Source: Oculina patagonica (Eukaryota). Taken from it: DNA of 64,000 nt. Shown in pieces: positions 1-12,369 of this stretch. Location: contig NC_135771.1 of assembly GCF_052425735.1 (NCBI RefSeq), forward strand, positions 6,634,001 through 6,698,000. Direction: 5' to 3'. Both the position numbers and the translations under genes were made by a program. The stretch's first letter is position 1. Each line of letters starts with the position of its first letter. The notes under the pieces are model-generated. The model did no database searches. It saw only the letters and a list, made by a program, of their open reading frames with translations, and was not told the DNA's origin.

Positions 1-494
1 TCATCTATGTACATTTTTAATACATAATAGGGGGATATTTTATGTATGTATTTTATGTATGCAGTCGCCAAACTTACTTCGAGCTCAAATAGTCTTTTTC
101 ATATTTTGATCTGAAATTTATTTTAAACAACAGCATGTGTAAGCATGGTTATGGCTTGTGTGTGTGCTTTATAATAATTATTGTCAACGCTGCCTTCTGT
201 TTACATGACTTGATGTAAAAACTCAAGAGAGATTTTTTTAATAGAGAATATACATAAAGGTATTTGTAGCCAGTCGAACTTTTAATATGTTCTAGCCACA
301 TGTAGTATGTCTTTCTCCTAATATTTCATTGCAAATTTTCGTTTTTTATTGTAATACCATATTTGCTGTTATCATTGTTATCACGGTTTAAACTTTATAA
401 ATATTTCAAGATTCTTTTTAAGCATTAAGCCCATGCAAAACAGTGTGTACTAAAAACCGTTGTTGTTATTGTGATTATGGTGTTCATTTCAATT

Positions 495-626
495 NNNNNN
501 NNNNNNNNNNNNNNNNNNNNNNNNNNNNNNNNNNNNNNNNNNNNNNNNNNNNNNNNNNNNNNNNNNNNNNNNNNNNNNNNNNNNNNNNNNNNNNNNNNNN
601 NNNNNNNNNNNNNNNNNNNNNNNNNN
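495..626. other. N gap (others at 16223-16376 and 60870-60998)
   Basis: Runs of N; the first two lie in the homologous simple-repeat-containing intron of R1 and R2. Confidence 0.95.
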
Positions 627-640
627 CTTTATAATGTCAG

Positions 641-3600
641 ACTCTTAGTGGAAATGGTGACAGAAACTCAGAGGTAAAGCACATTCTTAATGAAGGTGTT
701 TTAGCAAGGTATTTGCGATTTCTGCCTGAAACTCACAATGGTGGTATGTGTATGAGAACAGAAGTTTTTGGAGTAAAGCAAAAACCAGGTGATTATTTAC
801 TTGTACTACTACACTTACACATTAATAAAACATTATTTCAACGACTGCAGCCTAAGGTGCTTAGTAGCGGTTTCCGGCACGTTGCAGCTTTTAGACTTTG
901 GTGGGTGACAGTACTACCACTCTTTATAGGTTGCTGTTACACTTATGGTATCAAAGAAATGCTCATTTGTTGGTTTAACTCATTGAACACAACTGACGCA
1001 ATATATCGTTGTCCGTATCACAAGAGTTAGAGGTGACATTTTGCTAAAGAAAATCTGAGGTGAAGGGACTGCAGTACTTCCCAACAGATATTTTCTATAG
1101 AGATCATTTGGGTGTGCCCCTGAGCTCAGTGCCATTGTTAGGATATAAGGGATATATTTTATGTAAGACTTAAAAGTTAATGTTGCTTTGTTTGCAGAAA
1201 ATCTCGCTCTTGGAAGGCCTACAGCTCAGTCTTCAACATATAATAACAGTATATCAGGAAATGCAGTGGATGGCAATCCTGGACACTGTTCATATACACT
1301 GGAAGATAACCCCAGTTGGTGGCAAGTGGACCTTGGCTCACATCACGTGCCAGTCTTTGAAATAAACATAATCAACAAGTTCTCAGCATCCTCAAATATA
1401 CAGAAAATGAGCGAAGACTATAAAATAACATTAGGTGAGTATAGTAACTCTTATTAGAGTGAACTATTTTTAATATACCGTAGAATTCCGGTTATAAGCC
1501 CTGGGCTTATACAACTTCGTAAGGGGTTTTGGGTGGGCTTATAAGCGGAGGGGCTTATATCCGGGAGGGCTTATAAGCGGAATGAAAAAAACGTTTTAAA
1601 ACGAGCCACGGGTGTGTTGATGGAAATAAGTTTTTTAGTTAAAAACGGGGGGGGGGGCTTATAAGCGGGGGGGGGGGCTTAAAACCGGAATTTTACGGTA
1701 TAAGACCATGTGGTGCATGTGATAGTAAAGATTTTATATTACCATATAGTTAGCTGTAAACTGCGAATTATTCTTCAGGTTAAATAAGTGTTTCAACATG
1801 AATCTAACACTCGTACAAAGACATTTTAACAATTTAAGTTAATCAAAAAGAAATCCTAATTAATTAATTAATTGATTAATAAATTAATTAAAACTATTTC
1901 AGGTTATCCTGCAAAGGAATATAACCTACAACAATGCTTCTGAATGTTATTTTATATAATAATTTGATTGTTTTACTTTATAACATATGTCATAACTAAG
2001 ACTACAGTAACCATGTGATATAAACGTTTGCTTCAAACAGCATTGTAGATTTCGTTCCCTATACTAATTAAACCAAGTTAGTGATCAATGTGGTGGGGGC
2101 TTTAAAGACTCTTCTCTTAGTGAGTCTTTTTTTTTTTCGGGAATACTGGGGTGGGGGGCGGGGCTAAGCCCTCCCAGCCCTCACGGCTCCGCGGTCCCTG
2201 CTTTATCAGAGGGAAGGAGCAAAGTTGTTAATCTTCCCAACATTGTCCTATGCTAACTGTATGTCTCAGTTATGACAGAATGTCTGTTTTATAATATTGG
2301 CAGGTAGCTCTCCAACTGTGACAAGCAACCCTCAGTGTATGGGACTCTACAGTTTTAATCAGTTTAAAGTATCAGCTGTATGTTTCACTAATCCTCTGAA
2401 GACTGGTAGATATGTTGGTATAATCACCACAAAGAAACAATTTCTCCAGTTATGTGAGGTGGAAATTTACTCACGAGGTAAATCTCAACACATACTTACA
2501 GTAATAGCTCTGAATGATCATGACCCACTTAATAGAGTAATTGGTGCTATTGCCCTTCGAATGCACTCAAAGAACGGTATAAAGCTTTAAAAAAAGCCCT
2601 TTTCAAAACTAAAGGAAGTAATTAATTGTGTCACATCAACATCAACAATGACGTTAGCAAGCCAACATCTCCATTAAGAAAAACCAAGACCTTGATAAAG
2701 CCGATACCAATTGATCGTGTGTCGACATTAACAAGGAAAATAAGCTTTGAAAAGCCCACTTTACCCTACTGGGACATTTTAATATAACATTTTTTCCCCT
2801 TGAAGAGTGAAAGTGAATGTGCACTCTGAATATCTTTTGAATAAAGAACTTCAAGAGGTATAATTTAATTATTTTGGTCGTCACGGGGAATTCGCAGATT
2901 TTTGGTCTAAACTGTCCTGAAAGTAGTGGTAGGCAACTTAACCCATGAAAAACATTATCTTTGAAAATCAAAAGGAAATTACTTTAATTTGCGGATAGAA
3001 ATCAATCTAGGGCTATAAATATCGATTTTTTGGAAGATGCGCGGAAGCGACTTAAAACGTTAAGGCTTGATTTTTCAAATTGCAATCCATTTCCATCCGA
3101 GCCATCCGCAGCCAAAGACGCTTGTTAACAGTTTCAGTTCTGTAATATAACAATTTGCAATAAAAGTGGACCATTATTTTTAGGTTTCCTACGACACAAA
3201 TATAAATTTTGGCTGTTCAAAAATCTGTTAAAATTCGTGTCAAAGCCCCTTTAATGCAATGTCATGATGTTTCATTCAAGAAAATCTGGCATATGGCAAG
3301 GAAACAGCTCAGATTAGCACAGATCATGATGGCGTAAGTAGCCGAGCAGTGGATGGTATCAGTATAACAAACTACCTGGGAGGATCCAGCTGTACACACA
3401 CAGAACATGGAACCAAACCCTGGTGGAGAGTCGACCTGGGACAAGTTGAGCCTGTTTCTGAAGTGTACATAGTCAACAGAGGAGATGGTTGGCCAGAAAG
3501 ATTATATAAGTTTGAGATCAGAGTGGGTAGGCTAATTCATAGCATAATTTCTGATACCACCATTCATATAGATCTTATTACAAATGCCAATCAGTTCTTC

Positions 3601-6600
3601 TTGAGAGTAATTTTTACATGTAAAGAAATAATAACTTGCTTTGTATTCTGCATTTCTTGTAGGTTCAGCAAACAGTGGTGGGGGTGTGACCAACCCTAAG
3701 TGTGGTGGGACTTATGGAGTTCCTGCAGGAAAAGGTTTATCTTTCTTCTGCCGTCCCCCTTTGTATGGAAGATATGTGACAATCAGAAGTTTACTAAATA
3801 TTGCATTGACAGTCTGTGAAGTTGAAGTATATTCTGAAAAACGAGGTATGATAATAATGTTATTTTTTTATTTATTCCATCAAATATATGTAAAGACTGT
3901 ACACTGTACGTGATGCGAAGATGAAAATTAATCACATCATGGATATGATTGTGAAGCTATTTGCTGGTACATGCAGGTAAGTCATACAGGTTCGTTCCTT
4001 GGTAGAAGGACATTTTCAGGATCCTTTTTCTGAGTATGCTGTGACAGTGACTGAAAAATCGTCATTGTCATCTCTATTCACTATGCAGGCTTTAAAAAAC
4101 AGACCATCACATTTTCATCACTGTGCATATGCCACCCATCAATATTCAAACCATAGCAGTATGCAAGATGTTTGTTATTAATCTGCATTTAGTTCAATGG
4201 CCTAACCTAACTCAAGTCTCTGTAGCTCACTTGTAGATCATCCAGACTAGTTATCATCAGGTCATAGGCTTGGCTACTGTTGGAAAAAAAAAATCATAAA
4301 CCGTGTTTCAGGGTATACCTGCGTCGCTACATGGAAGATCATAGTAATCAAAATACAATAACAGGGGGGGGGGGGGGGGGGGCAAGAAAGTCGGCACTTT
4401 TTTTGGATACAGGATGTGAGTCAATATCAATCAAGCCGTTGCTATGAAAGACGTCACCAAAAGTTTTGTTTTCTCAGAAAGATTTAAATATCAATGACTG
4501 CATGCGTGTGAAATGCGAATAGTGGCGGTGTTTGCGTTTGATGTTTCACGCCACTGATTTCTCAGCTCATGTTTCACGTCACTGAGAATGTTTTGGCGGC
4601 GTGGAATACCAAGCGAAAAATTGGTCACGGTTGACATTTAACAACCAAAAAATGGTAAATCATTTCAGAATCATTGGAGTTATTTTTAATTCGTATAATT
4701 CACAAGTCCTACTTTTGCCAGAATGGACACCGATATCACCGTTTGTTGTTGTGATGTCCGGCAAACTTCAAAAGAACAAGCAAAATGCAAATAGCTATTG
4801 CGTTTTGTGCACGGTCAAGACCAAGACATGCGAACTAGACAATGACTTTGTCAAGCTATTGACTGTGCCCTTAGCAACCGTTCGATAGCTACTGAACACA
4901 TTCGGTTGCCCGGCACCGCTATGTCCCCTTTTTCAGTCGTGTAACAAAGGGAGTTTCTCCCCCCCCCCCCCCTGTACAATAATAATAATTATAAAAGAAG
5001 AAAGAATGAATAGCATGCAACTGGTGTGCACTGGCCATCTGTGCATTTACTTTTCTTTATTTTAAAAAATCATAAAATTGAAATTTCTATATATTATTTT
5101 CTTGAGTTTAAACCAGCATTGTTAACAACTTCGTATTGTTGCTGAATGTAGTATGGCAAGTTTATTTCTGAACCCTGTTTACTATTGGTCATTCCAAGGT
5201 TGCGCAGGGAACTGGGGCGAGTTTTTAATTTAAAGCAATCGATAATCTGACACTACCACATGAAAGAACCCGGTGAGATTGTTCATTTGACTACGTTTGA
5301 TGCTTTTAGGATGAACAGAGACGACGTTATGGGCCTTGAAACATGGTGAAAAATCCATACAAACGTCTCTTATTATGAGACAGCGTCCCGAAAACCGTAT
5401 AAACTCTATTTTTTAATGCATTTCTGGTATACTCTTCAAAATGGGCAAACATAGTGATTTTCATCTTAGTTTCTTTCAAATAATGGATCTTTGGCAGGAT
5501 TTTACAGCTGAAACAAAACGAAAAAAAAGTTTTAAGAGTTTATATGGTTTTGGGGGACGCTGGCTCACAATAAGAGACGTTTGTATGGAATTTTATCCAC
5601 GCTTCAAGGTCCACAACTTCGTTTCTGTTCATTCTGAAAGCATCAAACTTAATCAAATGACCAATCTCACCATGATCTTTAATTTGGTGGTGTCGGATTA
5701 TCGGAACGGCCAATTGTTGCATAATTTGAGAATGTCACACTCACCATAATCTTGCTTGTGAATTTGGGAGGCCGGGTAGTGTGTTTGGATTTTTAATAGA
5801 TCCCGGCAGTTTCAAGCCCTGGATATTCTTGTTGAAATGAGTAATGACAATAATAAATAATAATTTTGCTCTTTATCCACTGCTCCTGATCGAACTGGAA
5901 TTTATATATAATATATCATTCAATTTATTTTTTCCTGGTTCACTTACATGTGCTGTAGTATTAGGCTGGGCCATTGATGCGGTGATAGAAGAGTGTTTAC
6001 TTTTGATTTTATTTCAAGCATGCCAAATTCAGGCTCTTGGTGTGACCAGCAGGGATGTATTTCCAGACAGCAGCTTCTCAGCCTCATCAACAAATGGTAG
6101 TAACGCTGCTTCTAAAGGTCGGCTGAATAAAGTTGGTGCTTGGTCACCCAGTAATGACAGCAATCCTAATGACTATCTTCAAATCAACCTCGAATACGAG
6201 TTCTTTATTTGTGCTGTAGCTACTCAAGGAAAGTCAAATGCTGATCACTGGACAACAAAGTACAAGTTACTTTTATCACTTAACAATGTTGACTGGGTCA
6301 CCTACCAAGAAAACAGTGCTGATAAGGTTCGTTGAAAATACATTAACACAATGCCATGTCTTTCTCATAACTATGAGTACCCAAGCCAAAGTGTTCAAGG
6401 ATGCATGTAGCTGCTGAGAGTGGTATATTTAACAATTATTCTACGAGCGCAAAATGGATATGAGATGGTAGATAGGCAACGAGACGCGTAGCGCCGAGTT
6501 AGCTTTAACGATCTCATATCCAACAAGGGCGAGTGGAATAATTGTTTTATTATAAACGCCCAAAAAATTGCAAAATTTCGTTGACGCGTATCGGCTACTA

Positions 6601-9600
6601 AATTTGTGATGAATTGAATATGAGCTCATATACCATTGCCAGTTAACCAATCAAAACGCAGGAATTGCGATATGCCATTGCTAGTTTTTAATAAAGTCTA
6701 GTAGACACTGCAAGTTCAATTATGATGACAATGGTGCTACAGGGAACCTGAGTGTCTTGACATGACTGGGACTTTCTAAGACTGACTGTGGATGTGGTAA
6801 TCGCTGTTGCAGTGACTAACAGTTATACAGACTCTGCATGGCTCAGCTGTAACTGTGACTTCGTCTGCGACTTTCGCTGAGCAGGTGTAAAGCTTTTTAG
6901 CTTTTTGTTTCTTAAAAAACAAACTCCCCCCACCCCCTTGAATCTGTCTTTGGATTGTAACATATGATGAACATTGATAAAAAAAAATATGTATGAACTA
7001 CAGTTAAACCTCCTCTAATGGATACCTACCATAGGCAGACACCTCCTGTATGCAGGCAATTAGCTATGGCCTCATCTCCCCTTAATGGACACCTTTTCTG
7101 AAAGGCCACTTTTTTTAGGTCCCAGCGGTGCTTACGGGATGTTTAACTGTGTTAACTTATATTGCAGGTCTTCAGTGGTAATTCTGGAAGAAATGACGTA
7201 GTTAAACACAATCTTAAAGAAATTGCAAGAGCACGGTTTATCCGGTTTCAGCCAACAAATTACTCAACTCACAAAGCTCTTAGAGTCGAAGTGTTCGGAA
7301 TTCTAAAGCCCGCAGGTATCTTGCTTCCTTTCACTGTTATCGTTCACATATGCTATTGTGTGCGTGGTAAATCAGTCGTAAAAGTGTCCTGTGACAAACA
7401 AAATGTAAAAGTACATGTAGGTATATATCTTTCAAACATACCTTACATTGGACAGAGGTGTTAACTTGCTTGTTCATTTTTTTATAGCTCCAAGCCAAGC
7501 ACCTGGTAGCTTTTCCGTGACTCCACTGTCTTCCACAAGTGTTAGAGCGACCTGGCAGTTACCACAGACAGGCTCCAGACATGAAGTAATTACAGGGTTT
7601 AAACTTTTGTACGGAAGAAAGGGCTCTGCTGCAGATTCACTAACTATTTTAACCATTGAAAATAATTCCACTTTTACCAGAGATGTCACTGGATTGCGAA
7701 AATGCACAGAATATGAATTCCAAGTGTTAACTTTCACATATGTTGGAAATGGTCCGAAAAGCTCTGTTCAGCCAGTTACAACATTTGGTAAGGTGTCAAA
7801 GATAGCTGTCTAAAACGTTTTAAAGCAACTTAAAGTAAATCAACAATTTATGGAATTTCTTATTAACCGAACTTCACAATTAAGCCTAAGCTTCAATAAA
7901 TGAAGCTCCCAGTTTCACATACTTCAGCAAAAAAATGGTCGCAATATGTTAATATTTCAGGACATAACGTCTATAACAAAACAATTATTCCACTCGCCCT
8001 TTTTGGGTATTTTTATCATAATCAAAATCATAATCAAAGTGTTAGCGTATACATAGGCCAGAACCGCGGGTGGTATACCCTAATATTCATGACGAGGTAA
8101 AAAGTGAGAAGGTATATACCTTAAAATAGAGTTCTGTTATTAATTTGAAATTAATGGGTTTTGATTCCCATCGGGACTCAGATTTTGTCTTTGTCCCATG
8201 CTCGTATCATTGTTGAACAATTCATCCCCACTATTTATCACCGAACTTAAAATTTATCATCCTTATTATTATTTTACTACACACTTGATGATCTCAGAAT
8301 TGGTGATCCTGGCAGTATGCAAGACGCGTTTCACATATCAACCTAGTAATTATAAATAGCCCAGCTTGTCACAAATCTCTCGTAGCTCAGTTGGGTAGAG
8401 CGTCCAACCGGTATCTTGGAGGCCATGTTTTCGATTCCCGTCAGAGACTCAATTTTTTTTCTTTGTCCCATGCTCGTGTTATTGTTGAACAATTCATCTT
8501 TATTATTTATCACCGAGCGTAAAATTTTCAGATGTTGCTATGAAAAATAAATTTAAACCTGCACTCCTTAACTCTCTAGGGGAACAGGGATGTCACAATG
8601 GGGAGAGCGCTCGCCTCCCACCATTGTGGCCCTGGTTCGATTCCCGGACCTAGCGACATATGTGGGTTGATTTTCCGTTAGTTCTCATCCTTGCCCCTAG
8701 GATTTTTCTCCGGGTTCTCCGGTTTTTCTCTCTCCTGAAAAACCAAACTCTAATTCGATTTGTATTGGGAACCCGCGTAAAAACCAGCTAGGGCTGATGT
8801 GGCTTCCTCTCTATATATAGTAATTATTTTTTTTATTTCCTTATTTTATCTCTCTAAGGTACATGTAAGCCTGTCACCAGAGACCTACCAGAAAGAACTA
8901 TTTTTGCGGTTGGTGAACTAGCAATCCTAACATGTGAGGTCAGTGGATATCCAGAGCCCTCTGTCACATGGATTAAAGATGGAGACACTAACATACCGCG
9001 AGCTCAGTTTAGGAATAATGGACACATTCTTGTTATTCAAGATGTTCGTCCTCTTGACAGTGGCGTTTATGAATGCAAAGCATCAAACAAGCTTGGAGAA
9101 GGCCGTACATCTACAACATTGATAGTCGCTGGTAAGTTGCACTGGCGGCAGTATATGGACTTGACAAGTATTGAGATTTAATTCAATGTTGAAAATCTAA
9201 GTAAAGCTAACCCTAGACTTGCTTACAAAGTGTAAGTAAGCCAAGTGCTTTCCATCCTAGAGACGTGAAGATTGTTCTGTTCAAGCTTAGCGTTCTTGCT
9301 TATAAGTTTTAAACAAAAATGTAATTACTATTTGGTTTTTTAACTCAAGTTGAATGTCGTATCATTTATTAATAACTTCCTTACGTTATTTCAACCATGC
9401 ATTGGGACGTTGCATATTTTTGTTAACAATCTAAAATTCTAAACTCATTAAGGAGTTTATGTGTACATTATTTAAAACATACTGCCGGGGGGGGGCCCAC
9501 CCCACCCGGACGACACACAAGAACAATGAACATATTGTAGCCTATTTTTTGGGGGGGAGGGGGAGGGGTGTCAATCAATTGTTACAATTTAATTTATAGT

Positions 9601-11005
9601 AAATATTAGTAACAGCTTTCACACATGTAAGTAGGTTTGATCGTTCTCTCTTTCTGCAGAGCCACCTATAATAATTGAAGACATTTCCCCACCCTCAGTG
9701 ACATGCGAAAGGCAAGCTATTTGTTCTCTCTCTTGCCACGCAACAAGTGATACACCGTTTAATTTCTCTTGGACAAAGGATGGTCAGGTTCCAGTAGGTG
9801 ATGACATCCAAATCATTAACAACAGCATTGTTCTCACGCCTCAAAGTGAAAAAGATTATGGAGTGTATGTATGCCATGCTTCAAACAGCTTTGGTTCGAC
9901 AGCTTACAAAATTACCCTGTCAGAAGGCCATAAGTGTTCAACAACTACAGATACGATAAAAGGAGATAATAGTAAGTATTGTCAATATATCACATTATTT
10001 GTATGTAGGTGCTAAATAGAGACTGGTTTTCAATAACCAGAAGCACGACCAGGACTGAGTTGCAGCCGGACGTGTCACAAAATCCTCGACTATTTATTTA
10101 TATTTATTTATATTTATAACAACTTTATTACAATTAAAAGGAGAAAATAATAATAATAATAATATTGCAAAAGGGTGTCGGCAGGGAGGAACCCAATCTT
10201 GATATAGAGCCGACCCCCTAAAGAAAAAACACAAAATAAAGTAATAGTAGCATATATAATATATAATATTTATATATAAAGAAAAGTGTTTTACCGGAAG
10301 TTTAGACTGTCTTCGACGCAGGTTAGCACGACCCTGCTACGACTCTATGAACTGAATGGAGTATGACTGGATAGACTGGCATCGTCATTACGATAGAAAT
10401 GTAACGATGATGACAAGTACTTGGTATTTTGATGTTCTTTGTAAAACCTTAGGATTGGAGGTGTGAGTCTATTTTCTTTCCATCAGTTGAGGCATATATG
10501 TGTCGTCTAATGTAGAAAAAGTAATTTGTCACCTCATCGAGTAACTTAGGCCTGACGAACAAGGAAATAATTTGCTTTGAAGCTTTTTAACCTTTTAAAT
10601 ACCTGTTATTCTTTTTTGACAGATGTTAACAGCATTTTAAATGCCACGGTCATCGCTTTGTCCTGCTTTGTTTTTGTGTTGCTTGTTGTAGTCGGCGTGT
10701 TGATATGGCGTCTAAGACGAGCGGTGTCCAACAACAGAACAATGACTATAGATAAGGCCATCACCCATGACATTGTTAAACCTGACTTGCCACGTGATCA
10801 GCACGTGTCAGAACCAGATTCATATATGGAACTCCGCCTCAGGCCTTCGGAAGGGCAGTCGTTTCCGCCTCCTGATTTCAAGAGTGTACACGACACCAAC
10901 CAGAATCCTGGATACTACAATATGGAATTTAACAAAGAAAACATTGGAAACGCAAATGAAGAAACTTACGAGGAAATAAAGAATGTAACCCCAAAGGGCA
11001 TGTAA
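641..11005 (+). CDS. Receptor paralog R1 (5' end upstream of window): [F5/8C]-FTL-FTL-F5/8C-FN3-Ig-Ig-TM-Tyr tail
   Basis: Exons 641-788 (F5/8C-1b), 1198-1434+2304-2477 (FTL1), 3281-3526+3663-3845 (FTL2), 6019-6326+7168-7315 (F5/8C-2), 7488-7787 (FN3), 8859-9131 (Ig1), 9660-9971 (Ig2), 10623-11005 (TM+tail). All introns GT-AG; 2712 nt in frame. Motifs: ENLA..AVDG..C.HT..PWW.VDLG..LCEVEVY (FTL); YLQINL..AVATQG (F5/8C); W.KDG..D.G.Y.C (Ig); TM VIALSCFVFVLLVVVGVLIW followed by RLRR. Confidence 0.88.
1478..1698. mobile_element. MITE, CCGTA termini, TA-flanked (Tc1/mariner-pogo superfamily-like)
   Basis: TIR ccgtagaattccggttataagccc / gggcttaaaaccggaattttacgg; internal gggcttata repeats. Confidence 0.8.
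4362..4974. mobile_element. Non-autonomous hAT-like element
   Basis: CAGGGG..CCCCTG termini; 8-bp TSD TACAATAA at 4354-4361 and 4975-4982. Confidence 0.8.
5190..5750. mobile_element. MITE with long imperfect inverted repeats
   Basis: About 5240-5408 is the imperfect reverse complement of about 5535-5703; outer boundaries approximate. Confidence 0.6.
6428..6695 (+). mobile_element. Hairpin-headed interspersed element A
   Basis: Palindrome aacaattatt..ggatatgagat..GCGTAGC..atctcatatcc..aataattgtt; partial related copy at about 7977-8090. Confidence 0.6.
7001..7149. mobile_element. Short Tc1/mariner-like MITE
   Basis: ta-CAGTTAAAC..GTTTAACTG; ends 18 nt before the exon acceptor at 7168. Confidence 0.6.
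8154..8525 (+). repeat. Two tandem units of a tRNA-like repeat
   Basis: A-box-like gtagctcagttggg, B-box-like ttcgattcc, shared tail ctttgtcccatgctcgt..ttgttgaacaattcatc; same family as 40620-40806. Confidence 0.6.
8579..8849 (+). mobile_element. tRNA-derived SINE inserted in the Ig1 splice acceptor of R1
   Basis: B-box GGTTCGATTCCC, T-rich tail, 7-bp TSD CTCTCTA (8572-8578, 8850-8856); absent in R2 and R3. Confidence 0.8.
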
Positions 11006-11143
11006 ACCTAACAAATTGCTATTTCTTTTTAATTGTCACATGGTCGTTTAGTACTGACTTATATCACGTATGCAAATCTGTATGTTTCTTTTTTTCCAGT
11101 TAAGCCCGTTTGTTTTCATGTTGAACAATTGGCTACAGTTGGC

Positions 11144-11449
11144 TCCGGTTATACGCCCTGGGCTTATACAACTTCGTAAGGGGTTTTTGGTGGCCATGGG
11201 CTTATAAATTCCGGGGCTTATGTCCGGCAGGGCTTATAAGCGGAATATAAATGATTCGAAACGAGCCACGCAAGTGTTGATCGAAATACGTTTTAAAGTT
11301 AAAATATCATAATGAAGCAACATTTAACCCTGTTCAGTATTGCCATCCTGCAGAGGGGGGCTTATAATCGGAAATATTTGTTTTGTTTGTAGGTAGATGG
11401 GCTTGTAACCAGGGGGGTTTATAAGCGGGGGAACTTATAACCGGAATTT
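11144..11449. mobile_element. End-truncated copy of the 1478-1698 MITE family
   Basis: ccggttatacgccctgggcttatacaacttcgtaagggg..cttataaccggaattt. Confidence 0.7.
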
Positions 11450-12369
11450 GTTACCATGAAAAAAAAAATTGGGTTTGAAAACATCGTTATGGTATTTTAA
11501 ATTATCATCGGAAGAAAGCTGTCAAGGCTTGTGTAATATAACACACTTTCAGTACAAAGTTTAGAACTTACTTTTGCTATCTTTGTTTTTAAGTAGTCGG
11601 CCAGAAACAAGCTTTTCTAGTTGTAGTTTAATTCCCCCGACAAAAAAAGAACGCTAAAAACCTAAGCTGCAGGGGCGGATCGAGGGGAAGAGTCAAGAGG
11701 GCCGCTTCTCCCCTCCTTTTTTGATGATGACCCAAAGAGCAGGAAATCTTCCTTTTTATGGGGACCCCACCCTCCTCCACCTCTTTCAGTACCACCGCGG
11801 TTCGGCCACATTTTAATACATTAAGCAACTTAAAGTTGGTAATTAACTAAGTAATTTCGCTTTTATAACTTTTTTTACGGTATTAACTGAACATTCCCTA
11901 TACTTTTTAATAATAAAGTTTCTTAATACTTAGTTTTTTAATAATAAAGCTTTTTCAAAATAAAGTTTTTTGAATAAACCCTGGTATTCTGAAGTCCATT
12001 GAATATCTTCGCTGTGGTCTCATGAAAAACTTTCTTACAGCTGCGATGTGAAATACTGGCTGCAAAACCTGACGATAACAGACCTTCACAAGAAATTATA
12101 TCATATGATTACATCTTAAAAAACGTTATTTGAGAAACTGGAATTGTATGTTTTTTAAAGTTTTTTTTTTTTCAAGAAAACATTTTCGGAGAAGACTTTT
12201 ACAAATACGACAAAAGCCCATTCAACAATACAAAGGCTTAGCATCCTCTGTAAGGTACAAGGGCAGATATCAATTAAATTATCAAGGGACCCATCAAAGG
12301 GGTTTCTTAGACACGTCAAGTCACAACGGATTATGCACGGAGTGGTCACATGAAACAGAAACAGCCAAC

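Noticed and set aside
443-677. ORFs containing X runs (also 16130-16468 and 60806-61021)
   Set aside because: Artefacts of N gaps.
3478-3486. RGD integrin-binding motif
   Set aside because: It is the RxD of the F-lectin fucose-binding motif.
7474-7737. Antisense or alternate-frame ORFs over exons (also 16749-17015, 33044-33274, 42112-42489)
   Set aside because: Shadows of the + strand coding exons with no independent support.
8376-8660. tRNA genes
   Set aside because: A/B-box-like motifs are present but I could not fold a full cloverleaf, and they continue into repeat bodies; these are SINE or tRNA-derived repeats.
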